Positions 20,612 through 31,884 of a stretch of 64,000 bases of DNA are shown here, one piece after another. The notes below the pieces were generated by a model. The model saw only the letters and a program-made list of their open reading frames with translations. It was not told the DNA's origin and did not search any database. The translations under genes and the position numbers were made by a program. The DNA is from a virus: the IMG/VR virus record IMGVR_UViG_3300036828_000667, positions 1-64,000 of that record, one strand, 5' to 3'. Each line of letters begins with the position of its first letter. Position 1 is the stretch's first letter.

Positions 20612-20846
20612 CACACTTTATCACGATCACACACTATCCTGGGGCACGTCTCTAACTCTAGTCCAAGAATCACTACTCTTGGTATAGAACCAAACGCTAG
20701 CGTCGTCACACAAAGCGACTATCGGATTAACTTCGGACCCCTGTGAAACCTGGACAACTTTTCTAGTCTTACCAGGAGGATTAGGTTGCTGAGGTGCCAT
20801 GTTCATCCAACCTTCTATCCATACGCGTGTCATCATGACCTTGTCC

Positions 20847-21083
20847 TTAGATGGTGTGGCGTATTAAATACTTTCCAACTAGAAAACATAGTTCATTTAC
20901 TATCAGACAGGTAACAATCACTGTAATGCCAGTAAGAGTACCAACACCCGCTTTCTGCAATAGAACGGCAGCAACAATTGCAAGTACCAACCCAAGGAGG
21001 ACAAGTACTACCAATGAGCGCTGAAGTCCTTGTAGAAAGCCCGTGACTCCGCTTATCCCTAGTAACGTAAAGGTAAGTTTCAT
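20847..21083 (-). CDS. small membrane protein
   Basis: two or three hydrophobic segments. Confidence 0.55.
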   Translation of the reverse strand: MKLTFTLLGISGVTGFLQGLQRSLVVLVLLGLVLAIVAAVLLQKAGVGTLTGITVIVTCLIVNELCFLVGKYLIRHTI

Positions 21084-21104
21084 ATTGTTTCCCCATTGTT
21101 ACAG

Positions 21105-24100
21105 TCACGCAGCCATTTTAGTTTTAAAGGTGTACTCAATACGCCCTTTAACTGTAATATAAGCAGATGGATCAGCTGACCTAATCCATACGATCTCACG
21201 ATCGGCTATCAAGTGTATATCGCCTTGATTGTCTACCGAGTATGGCATAGTCGGAGTGATATCAAGTGATGGAGTATATGCTATGAAACACTCACCACGT
21301 CTGACTTCAAGAACTATGCCTATTGCAATATCTTGAACTAATCCAGACGCTATAGGTATCCAATCGCCCTTGACGTTGATCCACTCAAACGACAACATTC
21401 CCCCAGGCTGGAGGAAGTTTGGAAGATACCAGAATTTATTGGTAACGTATCCCCAGACTTGAGAAGTCTTAATATAAGCTAGAACACCACGTAGCTTACC
21501 AGCAATCGTAGTAACCAACGATCTACTATATAGAGATAGAGTTAGATAGACTGATCTAGATCCTTGGACAACCTGTGTCTGAGAAAGACGGATTAGTACC
21601 TCAATAGCAGTTTTAAGGAAATTCTGATTGATAACGATATTGACAATATGAGCCACAGTACCCTTAACTAATAAAATAGAAGAGTCGTATATCAATACGA
21701 TCTTAGCACGGTTCGGCCTGGGAAGCAAGAGGATTTCCCCTGAGACAAGGCCTACCCTCTTGACGACCGAAACAAGTCGCTGCACACTCTCAGCCTGAAT
21801 AAACGACACCAGCCTTCTGGCAATAGAGCTTCTCGTTATAATCTGAGACTGGAAGAGTAAGAACTGGCGAAGAGACGATCTGAGAGAGACCAACGTCTCT
21901 GGACTTACTACAGACAAAGACCTTGTAAATAGCTTACCAAAAGAACTGGTTAACACCCCATGACTAACAAACGTAGCTAGCCTGGACAACAGCTTAACAG
22001 CAGACACCAACTCAGATTGAGTCACAGCAATGATTCGACTTGGTATCTTTCCTATCGCAACGACACTAGAGTTTATAAAAGAGAGTGTCCTGTAGAATGA
22101 GACCATAGCAACTCTAGTAACAATCTCAGGATGCAATATGGATACGGTTTTTAGAAATGCTCTTTGGTTAAACTGAGTAACCACTTCGTGGCTAACGAAG
22201 GAAGCCAGTCTACCTGTCAGTCTAATCAATGAGTAGAGTTGAGACTGAGTGAGTGTTGTAAGCCGACCGACAACCCTAGAGACCGAAGCGACCTGCGACT
22301 GAGCAAATACTGCTAGCTCTGGACGCGTAACCTGACGAGTAATCAGTTGTCCAATCAGTGTAGACAAGGTCTTAAAAAATGCCTTCTGATTGAACTGAGT
22401 TACAATCTCGGGACTAGAGAACTGTTTGATCCTACTAAATACCTTAACTAGACTAATAGCTTCACTTGAAACCAGAGACCTTATACTAGTAATCGCTCTA
22501 GCGGACGACAGTATCTGAGACTGTTGAAATATCCCGTAAGCTGTATTCCTGGTAGACATAAGTATGGATATAGCTGTATGAACTATTATAGTTCTACTTG
22601 TCAAAGTTATATGTGTAATGAATTCTCCAGTCGAGAAGGTAAAGGTTTTGGTAGTTGAAATTGCCCTAGTGAAAATTTGTGGATTCGTAGTTAGAATCGA
22701 CTGTAGTTTAGTTCTGATAGCTGAATAAGTCAGAACTTCTGCGAGTGTAGTCTTGACGATCTTAACAGCCTGACGTACGGCTGTAAGAGCTTCACTGCTG
22801 GTAGCGACGATCGACCGAGTGACAACCCTAACTAAGAAGACGGCTTCAGAGCTAGCCAACGTCAACATACGCGAAGACAGCCTAACCAGAGACAAGAATT
22901 CAGAACTGGTTAAGGTAACAGTCCTAAAGAACGTTTTGATTTGACTTAAAGACAAACTCTCACTAATCGATAGGGTAACTACTCTAAACCTACTAGAGAC
23001 CCTGGCTAATGTCAGAGACTCAGGACTTGCAGTAGTTATAACATGAGAAACACTACCTATAACATCTGCATACAATTCAGAACTAGTAATAGATATTGTA
23101 CGTAGTAAGCTCTTGACTCTAGTCAGGGTTAATACTTCATTGGTAATCACTGTTATAATACGGGAAATACTACCTATTACGTCTGCATACAATTGAGAGC
23201 TAACAAGAGATATGAGTTTTTGGTTTACTACTACACCGGACTGAAACTGCGTAACTGCAGTTACTAGTTCTCCAATCGAGAATACCCTGAATCTACCAGG
23301 AATCTTAGCTAGTGTAAGTGTTTCTCCACTAACGACAGCTACGATATGTGAAATGCTACGTATTATACCAGCATACAATTCAGAGCTAGTAAGAGTTATG
23401 GTACGTAGTAAGCTCTTGACTCTAGTCAGGGTTAATACTTCACTGCTAGTAACTATTATAATATGAGAAATACTACCTATAACATCTGCATACAATTGAG
23501 AGCTAGTAAGATATATCGTGCGTAGTAGACTCTTAATTCTAGTCAGAGTCAGTACTTCATTGCTAGTCACTGTTATGATATGAGAAACACTATCTATTAC
23601 ATCAGAGTAGAATTCGGAACTGGTAATAGATACGATATGAATATACTGTCTAACTGTAGTTATCGTCTCGACTATCGACAACGTGATTGTTCTAAACTTA
23701 CTTGAAATCCTAGCGAGTGTAAGTATCTCTGGACTAGAAATCTGTAAGAACTTGGCAGTAATCTTTGCAGTAACTCTAGAGACTAATTCAGGATCGACGA
23801 AGACCAGCATCTTAGTAACTGATCTAATAAGATACACAGCCGAAGAATTGAAGAAAACCGTAACTCTCGATATGCTCATAACAAATTTTGATAGACTAGG
23901 TTGAATAACAAGTAACTTACCTGTTACGTTCTTATTAACGAAGTTAGCCCCAGTAATCATAGAAAGCATAGGGTTAATCGTAACAAGCTTTCGAGTACCA
24001 AAGGTTTGATACGTTGGAATAGCAGTTAGTGTCTCCGCAATCGACAACGTAACCGTCCTAAACCTACTAGAAATGCTGAATAGCGTAAACGCCTCTGGAT

Positions 24101-25025
24101 TAAATACGCCTAAAACTCTAGATATATTCGATATCCTAGTAAGACTCTCAGAACTCGTTAAAGTTATTGTCCTAAAACTCTGTACAGATCGTATACCAGT
24201 AACTACCTGATGTGAAGTTATAGTAGTAATTGCTTTCTGACGTAGAATAGATCGTATACCAGTAACTGCCGGATGTGAAGTTATAGTAGTAATTGCTTTC
24301 TGACGTAGAATAGATCGTATACCAGTAACTGCCAGATGCAAAGGTGCAACTGTTATCGGCAGTTGGGTTACAACTGGACCACCACCACCAGAAAAATCAG
24401 GTGTAACAATAGTAGCTGTACCAATTCTAAATAGTACGTCAGAGCTACCGTTAGCACTTGCTGTAGTCAGTACCCATTCAAGCTGAATGAACAAATACTC
24501 ATTACTCAATACTATAGGAGATCCGCTGTTCATAACAATCGTTATACTAGAATTAGTGTCTACAGTAGTTGATAAGGTAATATTCGCACATTGAAAAGTT
24601 GCTTGTAACTTAGTAGCTGCAGAACCATCGGCATTTGCCGATTTCCATACCTGGGCAGCAATATTCCCAATAGCGCCAGCTACAGTAGCACGCATATTAA
24701 AATTAAAAGTCCAAGCTGTGCCTGCAAAAGTACCTGTATATGCCGGAGTTATAAAACTATCACCAGCCCCAGCATTAGTAGCATCACTACCTTTTGTTGG
24801 ACCGGAAGAAAAAATACCAATTGGATCAGTAAAAGCAGAAGCTGAAGAAGTAGATGATGCGCCTAACCTAGAAGCAAAATATGGCGTACTAGTAGAAGTA
24901 GTACCTACAAGCCAGCCATAGGTGGAGTTGGCTGCAGTCGGAGCAGTACCGCCATCTTGTAATTGACCAAAGAAATTAGGTGACGGAGCAGCCGTACCAA
25001 GGATATACAGTGTTTTAATAGCCAC
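21105..25025 (-). CDS. second giant S/T/I/V/R-rich repeat protein with globular N-domain
   Basis: 1306 aa; T.TSSE.LT repeats; shares TGANFV.KNVTGKL with 4551-9284. Confidence 0.72.
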   Translation of the reverse strand: MAIKTLYILGTAAPSPNFFGQLQDGGTAPTAANSTYGWLVGTTSTSTPYFASRLGASSTSSASAFTDPIGIFSSGPTKGSDATNAGAGDSFITPAYTGTFAGTAWTFNFNMRATVAGAIGNIAAQVWKSANADGSAATKLQATFQCANITLSTTVDTNSSITIVMNSGSPIVLSNEYLFIQLEWVLTTASANGSSDVLFRIGTATIVTPDFSGGGGPVVTQLPITVAPLHLAVTGIRSILRQKAITTITSHPAVTGIRSILRQKAITTITSHQVVTGIRSVQSFRTITLTSSESLTRISNISRVLGVFNPEAFTLFSISSRFRTVTLSIAETLTAIPTYQTFGTRKLVTINPMLSMITGANFVNKNVTGKLLVIQPSLSKFVMSISRVTVFFNSSAVYLIRSVTKMLVFVDPELVSRVTAKITAKFLQISSPEILTLARISSKFRTITLSIVETITTVRQYIHIVSITSSEFYSDVIDSVSHIITVTSNEVLTLTRIKSLLRTIYLTSSQLYADVIGSISHIIIVTSSEVLTLTRVKSLLRTITLTSSELYAGIIRSISHIVAVVSGETLTLAKIPGRFRVFSIGELVTAVTQFQSGVVVNQKLISLVSSQLYADVIGSISRIITVITNEVLTLTRVKSLLRTISITSSELYADVIGSVSHVITTASPESLTLARVSSRFRVVTLSISESLSLSQIKTFFRTVTLTSSEFLSLVRLSSRMLTLASSEAVFLVRVVTRSIVATSSEALTAVRQAVKIVKTTLAEVLTYSAIRTKLQSILTTNPQIFTRAISTTKTFTFSTGEFITHITLTSRTIIVHTAISILMSTRNTAYGIFQQSQILSSARAITSIRSLVSSEAISLVKVFSRIKQFSSPEIVTQFNQKAFFKTLSTLIGQLITRQVTRPELAVFAQSQVASVSRVVGRLTTLTQSQLYSLIRLTGRLASFVSHEVVTQFNQRAFLKTVSILHPEIVTRVAMVSFYRTLSFINSSVVAIGKIPSRIIAVTQSELVSAVKLLSRLATFVSHGVLTSSFGKLFTRSLSVVSPETLVSLRSSLRQFLLFQSQIITRSSIARRLVSFIQAESVQRLVSVVKRVGLVSGEILLLPRPNRAKIVLIYDSSILLVKGTVAHIVNIVINQNFLKTAIEVLIRLSQTQVVQGSRSVYLTLSLYSRSLVTTIAGKLRGVLAYIKTSQVWGYVTNKFWYLPNFLQPGGMLSFEWINVKGDWIPIASGLVQDIAIGIVLEVRRGECFIAYTPSLDITPTMPYSVDNQGDIHLIADREIVWIRSADPSAYITVKGRIEYTFKTKMAA
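24186..24330. repeat. 63-bp in-frame tandem repeat, about 2.3 copies
   Basis: agatcgtataccagtaact at 24186, 24249, 24312. Confidence 0.9.
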
Positions 25026-25081
25026 TTAGTCAATCCAAGTAAAACTATATGTAGACCTTACCCAAGGCATTACACATCTCT

Positions 25082-25783
25082 CTAAGACACGTTCCACTGA
25101 GTCTGAGTAGGCCAGCTGTATACGAGAGGCCATGGTAATGTTGGAGGAGTAAACCCACCTACAGGAAATATCGCTGTATTTGATATTCTGAGTTCGTCAA
25201 TGTAACCATTAAAAGGAGAGCCAGCAGTAGGGAAGACACTATTTCCTATTCCTACGCTAGCGGTTGCAGTACCAATATTCTGAGTGCTAACACCACTCCC
25301 GCTTGCTGACGGTACGCCATTAAGAAACCCAGTTACGTTATTAGAACTGTCTCTTTGCCATGCGACGTGATACCACGTACCTGTAACAGGTGTAAAATCA
25401 ATATGAAAAAAGTGAGTACCGGGTTGATCACTGAAATACAAATTAAGACCACCCCCTGTAATCCAATTGATAATATTAGTACCCATACCTAACATACATA
25501 TATTACCAGCTGTTGAATTCCAATTAACCCAAAAATCAAAAGTAAAAGGCGAACCAGACGGGAAATAGAAATCAGGACTAGGATCTATGGCTAAACCATC
25601 ATAATTACCACCTGTAGTGCAATTTAGTGATCCACTACCAAAGTAAGCGTTACTAGATATTGTACCGACACCTCCCTGAACACTGTATGGCGCTACATTG
25701 TGTCCATTACCAGAGACATCAGTAAAGGTGCTAGAACCTGGGGGACCATCGAAATGGCAAACGAACAGAGGATTAGTAGCCAT
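25082..25783 (-). CDS. LamG/concanavalin-A-like domain virion protein
   Basis: FT.DFW, WYHVA..R, FNGYIDELRIS. Confidence 0.82.
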   Translation of the reverse strand: MATNPLFVCHFDGPPGSSTFTDVSGNGHNVAPYSVQGGVGTISSNAYFGSGSLNCTTGGNYDGLAIDPSPDFYFPSGSPFTFDFWVNWNSTAGNICMLGMGTNIINWITGGGLNLYFSDQPGTHFFHIDFTPVTGTWYHVAWQRDSSNNVTGFLNGVPSASGSGVSTQNIGTATASVGIGNSVFPTAGSPFNGYIDELRISNTAIFPVGGFTPPTLPWPLVYSWPTQTQWNVS

Positions 25784-28700
25784 TATGAAGCATAACCATA
25801 GGACGAGCCATCGGCTATGATCTTAGAATGATCATCAGTAGTCCCCAACCATTGCCAGCAGTTAAACTTTGTGATCCCTTGGTCAGTTTTAAGAAAAACA
25901 TCTACGATTGGAGTCTGGGATAGAGGACCGCCTTGGCCTCCTCCAGTTGCTCCAGTCATACTGAACGAAACAACATCAGATAACCAATTAGCAAAACCTG
26001 AAAAGGAGTCAGCACCAACCCCACCACTCGGACCAGTTCTAGTAATAGTTCTTAACCCAGCCTGAGTTAGATCAATAGTAGCTGTAAAGTTGTTCTGGAT
26101 TAAATTGGAATCAAAAGCATTTGATGTTATACTAAAACGAAGACTGCTTGAACCTGTATAGATTGCTGGTCTGAGCACGTTTATGAGAAACGTATCAACG
26201 TTTCCCCACAAAATCATAGCATCAACGTAACCTGCGATAGACTCTTGCCAACCAAAGAATTCACGACGGCCTCGACTGAACAAAGGATCTTCAATAGAGC
26301 CATTTAGATCAGCAATCATACGTCCGCCTGTATTTCCAAATGCTGTCAACCTAGGCATTGGATGAGGACGGAATTTCAGAGCATTAGACACAGCAGTAAC
26401 AGTACCAGTAGCCGCAGAAAGATTAACTGGAGAACCGCCTTTCGAGGTGGCTACTTGAAATTGTCCCGTTGTCATACCAGCTGATAACACATAAAATGTC
26501 GTACTTTGATCAACAGGAAAAGTGCCGGTTGTTGTAAAATGGACAGGAGTATCAACAGATAAACTATGACCTGACCACAAAACAAAATTACCAGAAAATG
26601 TAACTGTAGATTTAGTACTGTTTCCAACAGGCTTTGATGTTAGAGTCGTCTCGAAACAGAAGTTGTTACTACCATCAGTAAAGATATTACCAACCATAAA
26701 TGGAGCACCCATATTCGCATGGACGCCTGCCATATCAGTAACAAACATTTTATGACCAGGAATAGCCCATTGGTTTATATTAGCCATTGAAGTGAGCGGA
26801 ATACGGAATGTACCATTGTCCCACGTGAACCTCTCGATCATATTATAAATCGCGGTAGGGCCGTTAGCATCGTCGAAGCGAGTAACAATATCAACTTTGT
26901 TAATTTCATTACCAAGCAATAAACAACTCTCTGTCACACCAAAAGTAGGACCAAATACCATATTTTGAATTTTACTTTCTTTGAACACGTTTCTTTTGAC
27001 AGTACCATACATACCAGCAAATTTGCAACCTTGTACACTAAGAACATTAGTAGCAGCACTAGCAAGATTAAGGCTAATATTTGTACCCTCGCAATGTTTA
27101 TATTCTAAATATTCTATGTTCTTATCTACCTCAATCCCGGTATTATCACCACAAACTCGACATCGTTCGAAGATCACACGTTTAGAGGTGCTAGGTTGTA
27201 ACCCCTGGCCATCTAAGGCACAGTCCTCAAATTTGACGAATCTGCCAGTCGCTATACTAGGTCCCCAGGGCTCTAAGGCACGAAAACCTCTAAATATTTG
27301 CTCTTGATCCCAGCCTGCACCCAACGCATAAATACCAGCTGGTCCTATTGGAGCATATTGATTTCCTCCGTCATTAGTACCAGGAAAAATCATAGGCCAT
27401 TTAGCTGAGAAGCTACAATACGTAGGTTCACTAATAGTGACAGCACCAGAAGAGTTAATCGCTATGATCTTGACATACTGACACACACCAAAATTAGGTG
27501 GGTTTGAGGCATTTACAACACTAGGATCAACAGGATTAGCTACATAGAAATTTTGTGTGTCTATCCCAGCAACTCGAATCCATTGACCAACATAAAAAAG
27601 ATTATATCTAGTAGGATCTTTAAGCTGGAGAACTGTAGAACCATGCTGGACTGAGTTGATAAGAGCCCACTGTCCAAAAGCAGCAGCATCAGTATTACCA
27701 CAGGATAACTGATCAAATACCGCACCATAAGCCTCTATAAGCATTTTCCTCTGAGAACCACTTCCTGGAACATAAGCGATTTCGTGAGGAAATCTATAAT
27801 ATCCAGGAGGAATAACAGTCTTCACCCACTCTCTATTCAGTGGAGTAACAAACAATGGATTAGAGAAACCAGTGTGATTACCCTGACCACCATCTGAAAA
27901 TGTAATAACTGATCCACCTGGAGTAGTTGATATCTTGAACGAAGTCCCAGGAACAAGCCCAGTTGCTGAAGCATAGAATAATGTAAGCTTGCATGGTTGA
28001 GTAGGTGAAATAAGGTTTTGAGGTAATGCTTGATCTGATACAAAGCAAACTGGAGTATTAGCTGTGATGTTATGACCGCTCCATTGTACGTCTGAGCCTG
28101 AGAACGTCACAGGACCATAAATGCCTGAAGCACCTCCGCTAGTGCTGACTGGCACGTTAGGAGGACTAGGAAGGACACCTCCGACTTGCCATGCATTATC
28201 AGCTGAGAATGAAAACGTATCCTTCGTGAAGTGTTGTCCAGGAGTACCTTGTGTGTAGTCGAGTACATAGTATGGCTGAAGAAGAGTTATTCCTGATGGG
28301 GCTGGCATACCTCCAGGTATGAAACAAAAACAGTCATTGCGTCTCATATCATGGTTAGGCCAATGAACGACAGTCGTACCGCCGCTATCGATAGTTACAG
28401 GATAACTACCACTTCTAACTTGCCGAGAGATCGAAGATGCCCAATCCCACCAAGGACCAGAAGTACCATCTATCACTTGATTCCATGTGACACCGTCCCC
28501 ATGAACCCCATAATCTCCAACATTCAATACAGGTAACTGTCCGGTAACTCTTTCCCAGTATTTACCGTCAGCAGACTGGACATTGTTAAACATTGGTCCT
28601 TGTGTTGTAGCTGGTTTCCAGAAACAGAAACCTTCCTTGTCACCAATCCCCAATGTGACTACGAAGCTCATACCAGGGTCTAATGTAGCTGCCTGTAACT

Positions 28701-28815
28701 GAGCAATAGAATCAAATGGGATAATCATACTAAGCAAAGTCCGCATAGTAGCGGCACTAATAGCTCCAGTACCAGTCGTCGGCAGACTTGAGTTTATGAC
28801 ATCACGAACTGTCAT
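25783..28815 (-). CDS. tailspike/receptor-binding protein, paralogue B
   Basis: YGVHGDGVT, beta-helix-like core, colinear with 28831-31884. Confidence 0.75.
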   Translation of the reverse strand: MTVRDVINSSLPTTGTGAISAATMRTLLSMIIPFDSIAQLQAATLDPGMSFVVTLGIGDKEGFCFWKPATTQGPMFNNVQSADGKYWERVTGQLPVLNVGDYGVHGDGVTWNQVIDGTSGPWWDWASSISRQVRSGSYPVTIDSGGTTVVHWPNHDMRRNDCFCFIPGGMPAPSGITLLQPYYVLDYTQGTPGQHFTKDTFSFSADNAWQVGGVLPSPPNVPVSTSGGASGIYGPVTFSGSDVQWSGHNITANTPVCFVSDQALPQNLISPTQPCKLTLFYASATGLVPGTSFKISTTPGGSVITFSDGGQGNHTGFSNPLFVTPLNREWVKTVIPPGYYRFPHEIAYVPGSGSQRKMLIEAYGAVFDQLSCGNTDAAAFGQWALINSVQHGSTVLQLKDPTRYNLFYVGQWIRVAGIDTQNFYVANPVDPSVVNASNPPNFGVCQYVKIIAINSSGAVTISEPTYCSFSAKWPMIFPGTNDGGNQYAPIGPAGIYALGAGWDQEQIFRGFRALEPWGPSIATGRFVKFEDCALDGQGLQPSTSKRVIFERCRVCGDNTGIEVDKNIEYLEYKHCEGTNISLNLASAATNVLSVQGCKFAGMYGTVKRNVFKESKIQNMVFGPTFGVTESCLLLGNEINKVDIVTRFDDANGPTAIYNMIERFTWDNGTFRIPLTSMANINQWAIPGHKMFVTDMAGVHANMGAPFMVGNIFTDGSNNFCFETTLTSKPVGNSTKSTVTFSGNFVLWSGHSLSVDTPVHFTTTGTFPVDQSTTFYVLSAGMTTGQFQVATSKGGSPVNLSAATGTVTAVSNALKFRPHPMPRLTAFGNTGGRMIADLNGSIEDPLFSRGRREFFGWQESIAGYVDAMILWGNVDTFLINVLRPAIYTGSSSLRFSITSNAFDSNLIQNNFTATIDLTQAGLRTITRTGPSGGVGADSFSGFANWLSDVVSFSMTGATGGGQGGPLSQTPIVDVFLKTDQGITKFNCWQWLGTTDDHSKIIADGSSYGYAS

Positions 28816-28830
28816 CAGAGATTTTCCTGG

Positions 28831-31800
28831 TTAAGAGGCATACCCGTAGCAAGCGCCGTCGGCTATGATCTTAGAATGATCGTCCACAGTCCCTAACCAT
28901 TGCCAACAGTTAAGCTTAGTGATTCCTTGGTCAGTTTTAAGAAAAACATCTACGATTGGAGTGGCGTTAAGAGGACCACCCTGACCTCCTCCAGATGCTC
29001 CAATCTGCCATATCCCTATGTAATCAGATAACCAATTAGCAAAACCTGGGAAAGGAAGTGAGTCTGCTCCGATTGGAGTACTTGTAGTAGTTCTAGTAAT
29101 AGTTCTAAGTCCTGGTTGGGTTAGATCAATCGTGGCTGTGAAATTGTTCTGGATCAGAAGAGAGTCAAAAGCATTAGCTGACATATTCAAACGAAGACCG
29201 CTTGAACCTACATAAGTCGCTGGTCTGATCACGTTTATAAGGAAAGTATCTACGTTTCCCCAAAGTTGAATTCCATCAGTATATTGACCAGTATTTCCAT
29301 CTGACCAACCAAAGATCTGACGACGACCTCTACTGAATAGCGGCTCTTCGATAAGAGAGCCACACATATCACTAATCCCTCGTCCGCCTGTATTTGCAAG
29401 TGCTGTTAGTCGAGACGTGGGATGAGGACGGAATTTAAGAGCGTTAGATACCCCTGTATGAGTACCAGAACCTCCAGTGAAAGTAACAGGTGAACCTCCC
29501 TTGGAAGTGGCTACTTGGAAAGTTCCTGTAGTTAAGCCAGCTGATAATACATAGAGAGGAAAGCTTTGATTAAACCCAGAAGGCAAAGTTCCTGTCGTAA
29601 GGAAAAAGACCGGAGTATTAACAGGCAAGTTATGATTTGCCCATTGAACATTCGTACCAGAAAACGTAACTGTAGCTTTAGTAGTGTTCCCTACAGGCTT
29701 GGAAGAAAGAGTCGTCTCAAAACAGAAGTTACCACTACCATCGTTATAAACATTTCCAATTACAAATGGCATACCCATATTTTGAAATGCACCTGCCATA
29801 TCAGTGACAAAACACTTATTACCAGGAACACACCACTGATTTATAGGCCCCATCGCGGTAAACGGAATACTAAATGTGCCGTTATTGTACGTAAATCTTT
29901 CAATCATATTAACAATAGGATTTACCATACCAGCATCATCGAAACGATTAACAGTATCAATATAACGTATTTCGTTACCAAACAACAAACAGTTATCTGA
30001 CATTCCAAATGTAGGGCCAAAAACCATGGTACCGAGTTTACTATCTTTAACAATAGTTCTTTTTACTGTACCTCCTACGGTATAAAATTTAGAACCTTGT
30101 ATACTGAGAATATTATTACAAGCACTAGCAATATTTAGAGAAATTTTATCACCTTCAATATGAGTATATTCATCATGCTCAGAGAGTTTGTCCACTTCAA
30201 TCCCGGTATTGTAACCACAAACTTGACCACGTTCAAAAACTGTACGTCTAGATGACCCTGGTTGAACTCCTTGACCTTCCATTCTAACATCAAAAATATG
30301 CATAGTCCTCCCGTTAGAACTCTGAGGACCCCATGGTTCTAGCGAACGCATGCCAAAAGATACAATATCACAATCCCATCCTGGACCCATACCATAAATA
30401 CATGCTGGACCACTCCCAGGTATACTATCATCTGACATACCCGGATAAATCAAAGGCCATTTAGCTGAATAAGTATAAGCTGTAGGCTCGCTAATACCAA
30501 TGGCTCCAGATGAATTAACTGACGTGATCTTGACGTATTGAAAAACCTGTAGATTGATCGGCCATGAGTCAGGCCCTTGACTCGTAGGCGGAGCTTGATA
30601 ATGATTCTGTAAGTCCAAACCACCAATAAAAATCCATTGACCAACATAAAAACGATTATACCTAGTAGGATCTTTTAGCTGAAGTGTCGTAGCACCATTC
30701 TGGACTGAATTGATAAAACCCCAAGCTTTAGGATTCTGCATAATAACAGAACTACCATCAGTATTACCAACACCAGTAGAATCAAATATAGCACCATAGC
30801 TTTCCATAACCATTTTTCTCTGAGAACCACTCCCAGACTGTGCAGCAGACTCATGAGGCATTCTATAGTATCCAGGAGGAATAACGCTCTTCACCCACTC
30901 CCTATTCAGTGGGGTAATAAACACAGGATTAGAGTAACCAGTAGCATTACCAGAGCCACCATCTGTAAACGTAATAGGAGACCCACCTGGAGTAGACGAG
31001 ATTTTAAATGAAGTCCCTGCAACAAGTCCTGTCGATAAGGCATAGAAAAGCTGAAGTTTGCATGGTTGATTAGGTGGAATTAAAATCTGAGGTAATGCTG
31101 CATCTGAAGTAAAGCACACAGGTGTATTAGCTATGATATTATGTCCACTCCATTGCACATCTGATCCTGAGAACGTCACAGGACCAAAGATGCCCGAAGC
31201 ACCTCCAGTAGTACTAACAGGTACATTAGGAGGACTAGGCAAAAGACCACCGACTTGCCATGCATTGTCAGCAGAAAAGGCAAAGCTATCTCTGGTAAAG
31301 TATTGTCCAGGAGTACCTTGTCCCAGATCGAGTACAAAATATGGTTTGAGAAGAGTAAGTCCAGTTGGGAGTGTCATCCCTCCTGGTATGAAGCAAAAGC
31401 AATCGTTACGCCTCATATCATGCTTGGGCCAGTGAATGACCGTAGTACCTCCACTGTCAATAGTAGCTGGGAAACTCCCTCCTCTGTTCCGTCGAGTGAT
31501 TGTAGCTGAAAAATCCCACCATGGACCCGACGAACCATCATCTACTTGATTCCATGTAACACCATCACCATGAATTCCGTATTGTCCAACATTCAAAACT
31601 GGTAATTGACCTGTAACTCTTTCCCAGTATTTACCATCGGCAGACTGGATGTTATTGAACATTGGACCTTGGGTAGTAGCTGGTTTCCAGAAAGAGAAAC
31701 CTTGCTTATCACCTATCCCTAATGTTACTACGAAGCTAATCCCTGAATCTAAGGTTGCTTGTTGTAGTAGAGTAACAGAATCAAACTGAACGATCATACT

Positions 31801-31884
31801 AAGCAAGTTACGCATAACAGCAGCAGTAATAGCTCCAGCACCACTACTTGGAAGATACGAATTTATGACATCACGTGTTGTCAT
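28831..31884 (-). CDS. tailspike/receptor-binding protein, paralogue A
   Basis: YGIHGDGVT, beta-helix-like core. Confidence 0.75.
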   Translation of the reverse strand: MTTRDVINSYLPSSGAGAITAAVMRNLLSMIVQFDSVTLLQQATLDSGISFVVTLGIGDKQGFSFWKPATTQGPMFNNIQSADGKYWERVTGQLPVLNVGQYGIHGDGVTWNQVDDGSSGPWWDFSATITRRNRGGSFPATIDSGGTTVIHWPKHDMRRNDCFCFIPGGMTLPTGLTLLKPYFVLDLGQGTPGQYFTRDSFAFSADNAWQVGGLLPSPPNVPVSTTGGASGIFGPVTFSGSDVQWSGHNIIANTPVCFTSDAALPQILIPPNQPCKLQLFYALSTGLVAGTSFKISSTPGGSPITFTDGGSGNATGYSNPVFITPLNREWVKSVIPPGYYRMPHESAAQSGSGSQRKMVMESYGAIFDSTGVGNTDGSSVIMQNPKAWGFINSVQNGATTLQLKDPTRYNRFYVGQWIFIGGLDLQNHYQAPPTSQGPDSWPINLQVFQYVKITSVNSSGAIGISEPTAYTYSAKWPLIYPGMSDDSIPGSGPACIYGMGPGWDCDIVSFGMRSLEPWGPQSSNGRTMHIFDVRMEGQGVQPGSSRRTVFERGQVCGYNTGIEVDKLSEHDEYTHIEGDKISLNIASACNNILSIQGSKFYTVGGTVKRTIVKDSKLGTMVFGPTFGMSDNCLLFGNEIRYIDTVNRFDDAGMVNPIVNMIERFTYNNGTFSIPFTAMGPINQWCVPGNKCFVTDMAGAFQNMGMPFVIGNVYNDGSGNFCFETTLSSKPVGNTTKATVTFSGTNVQWANHNLPVNTPVFFLTTGTLPSGFNQSFPLYVLSAGLTTGTFQVATSKGGSPVTFTGGSGTHTGVSNALKFRPHPTSRLTALANTGGRGISDMCGSLIEEPLFSRGRRQIFGWSDGNTGQYTDGIQLWGNVDTFLINVIRPATYVGSSGLRLNMSANAFDSLLIQNNFTATIDLTQPGLRTITRTTTSTPIGADSLPFPGFANWLSDYIGIWQIGASGGGQGGPLNATPIVDVFLKTDQGITKLNCWQWLGTVDDHSKIIADGACYGYAS

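Noticed and set aside
25783-31884. Diversity-generating retroelement
   Set aside because: Differences are not adenine-specific and no reverse transcriptase is in the window
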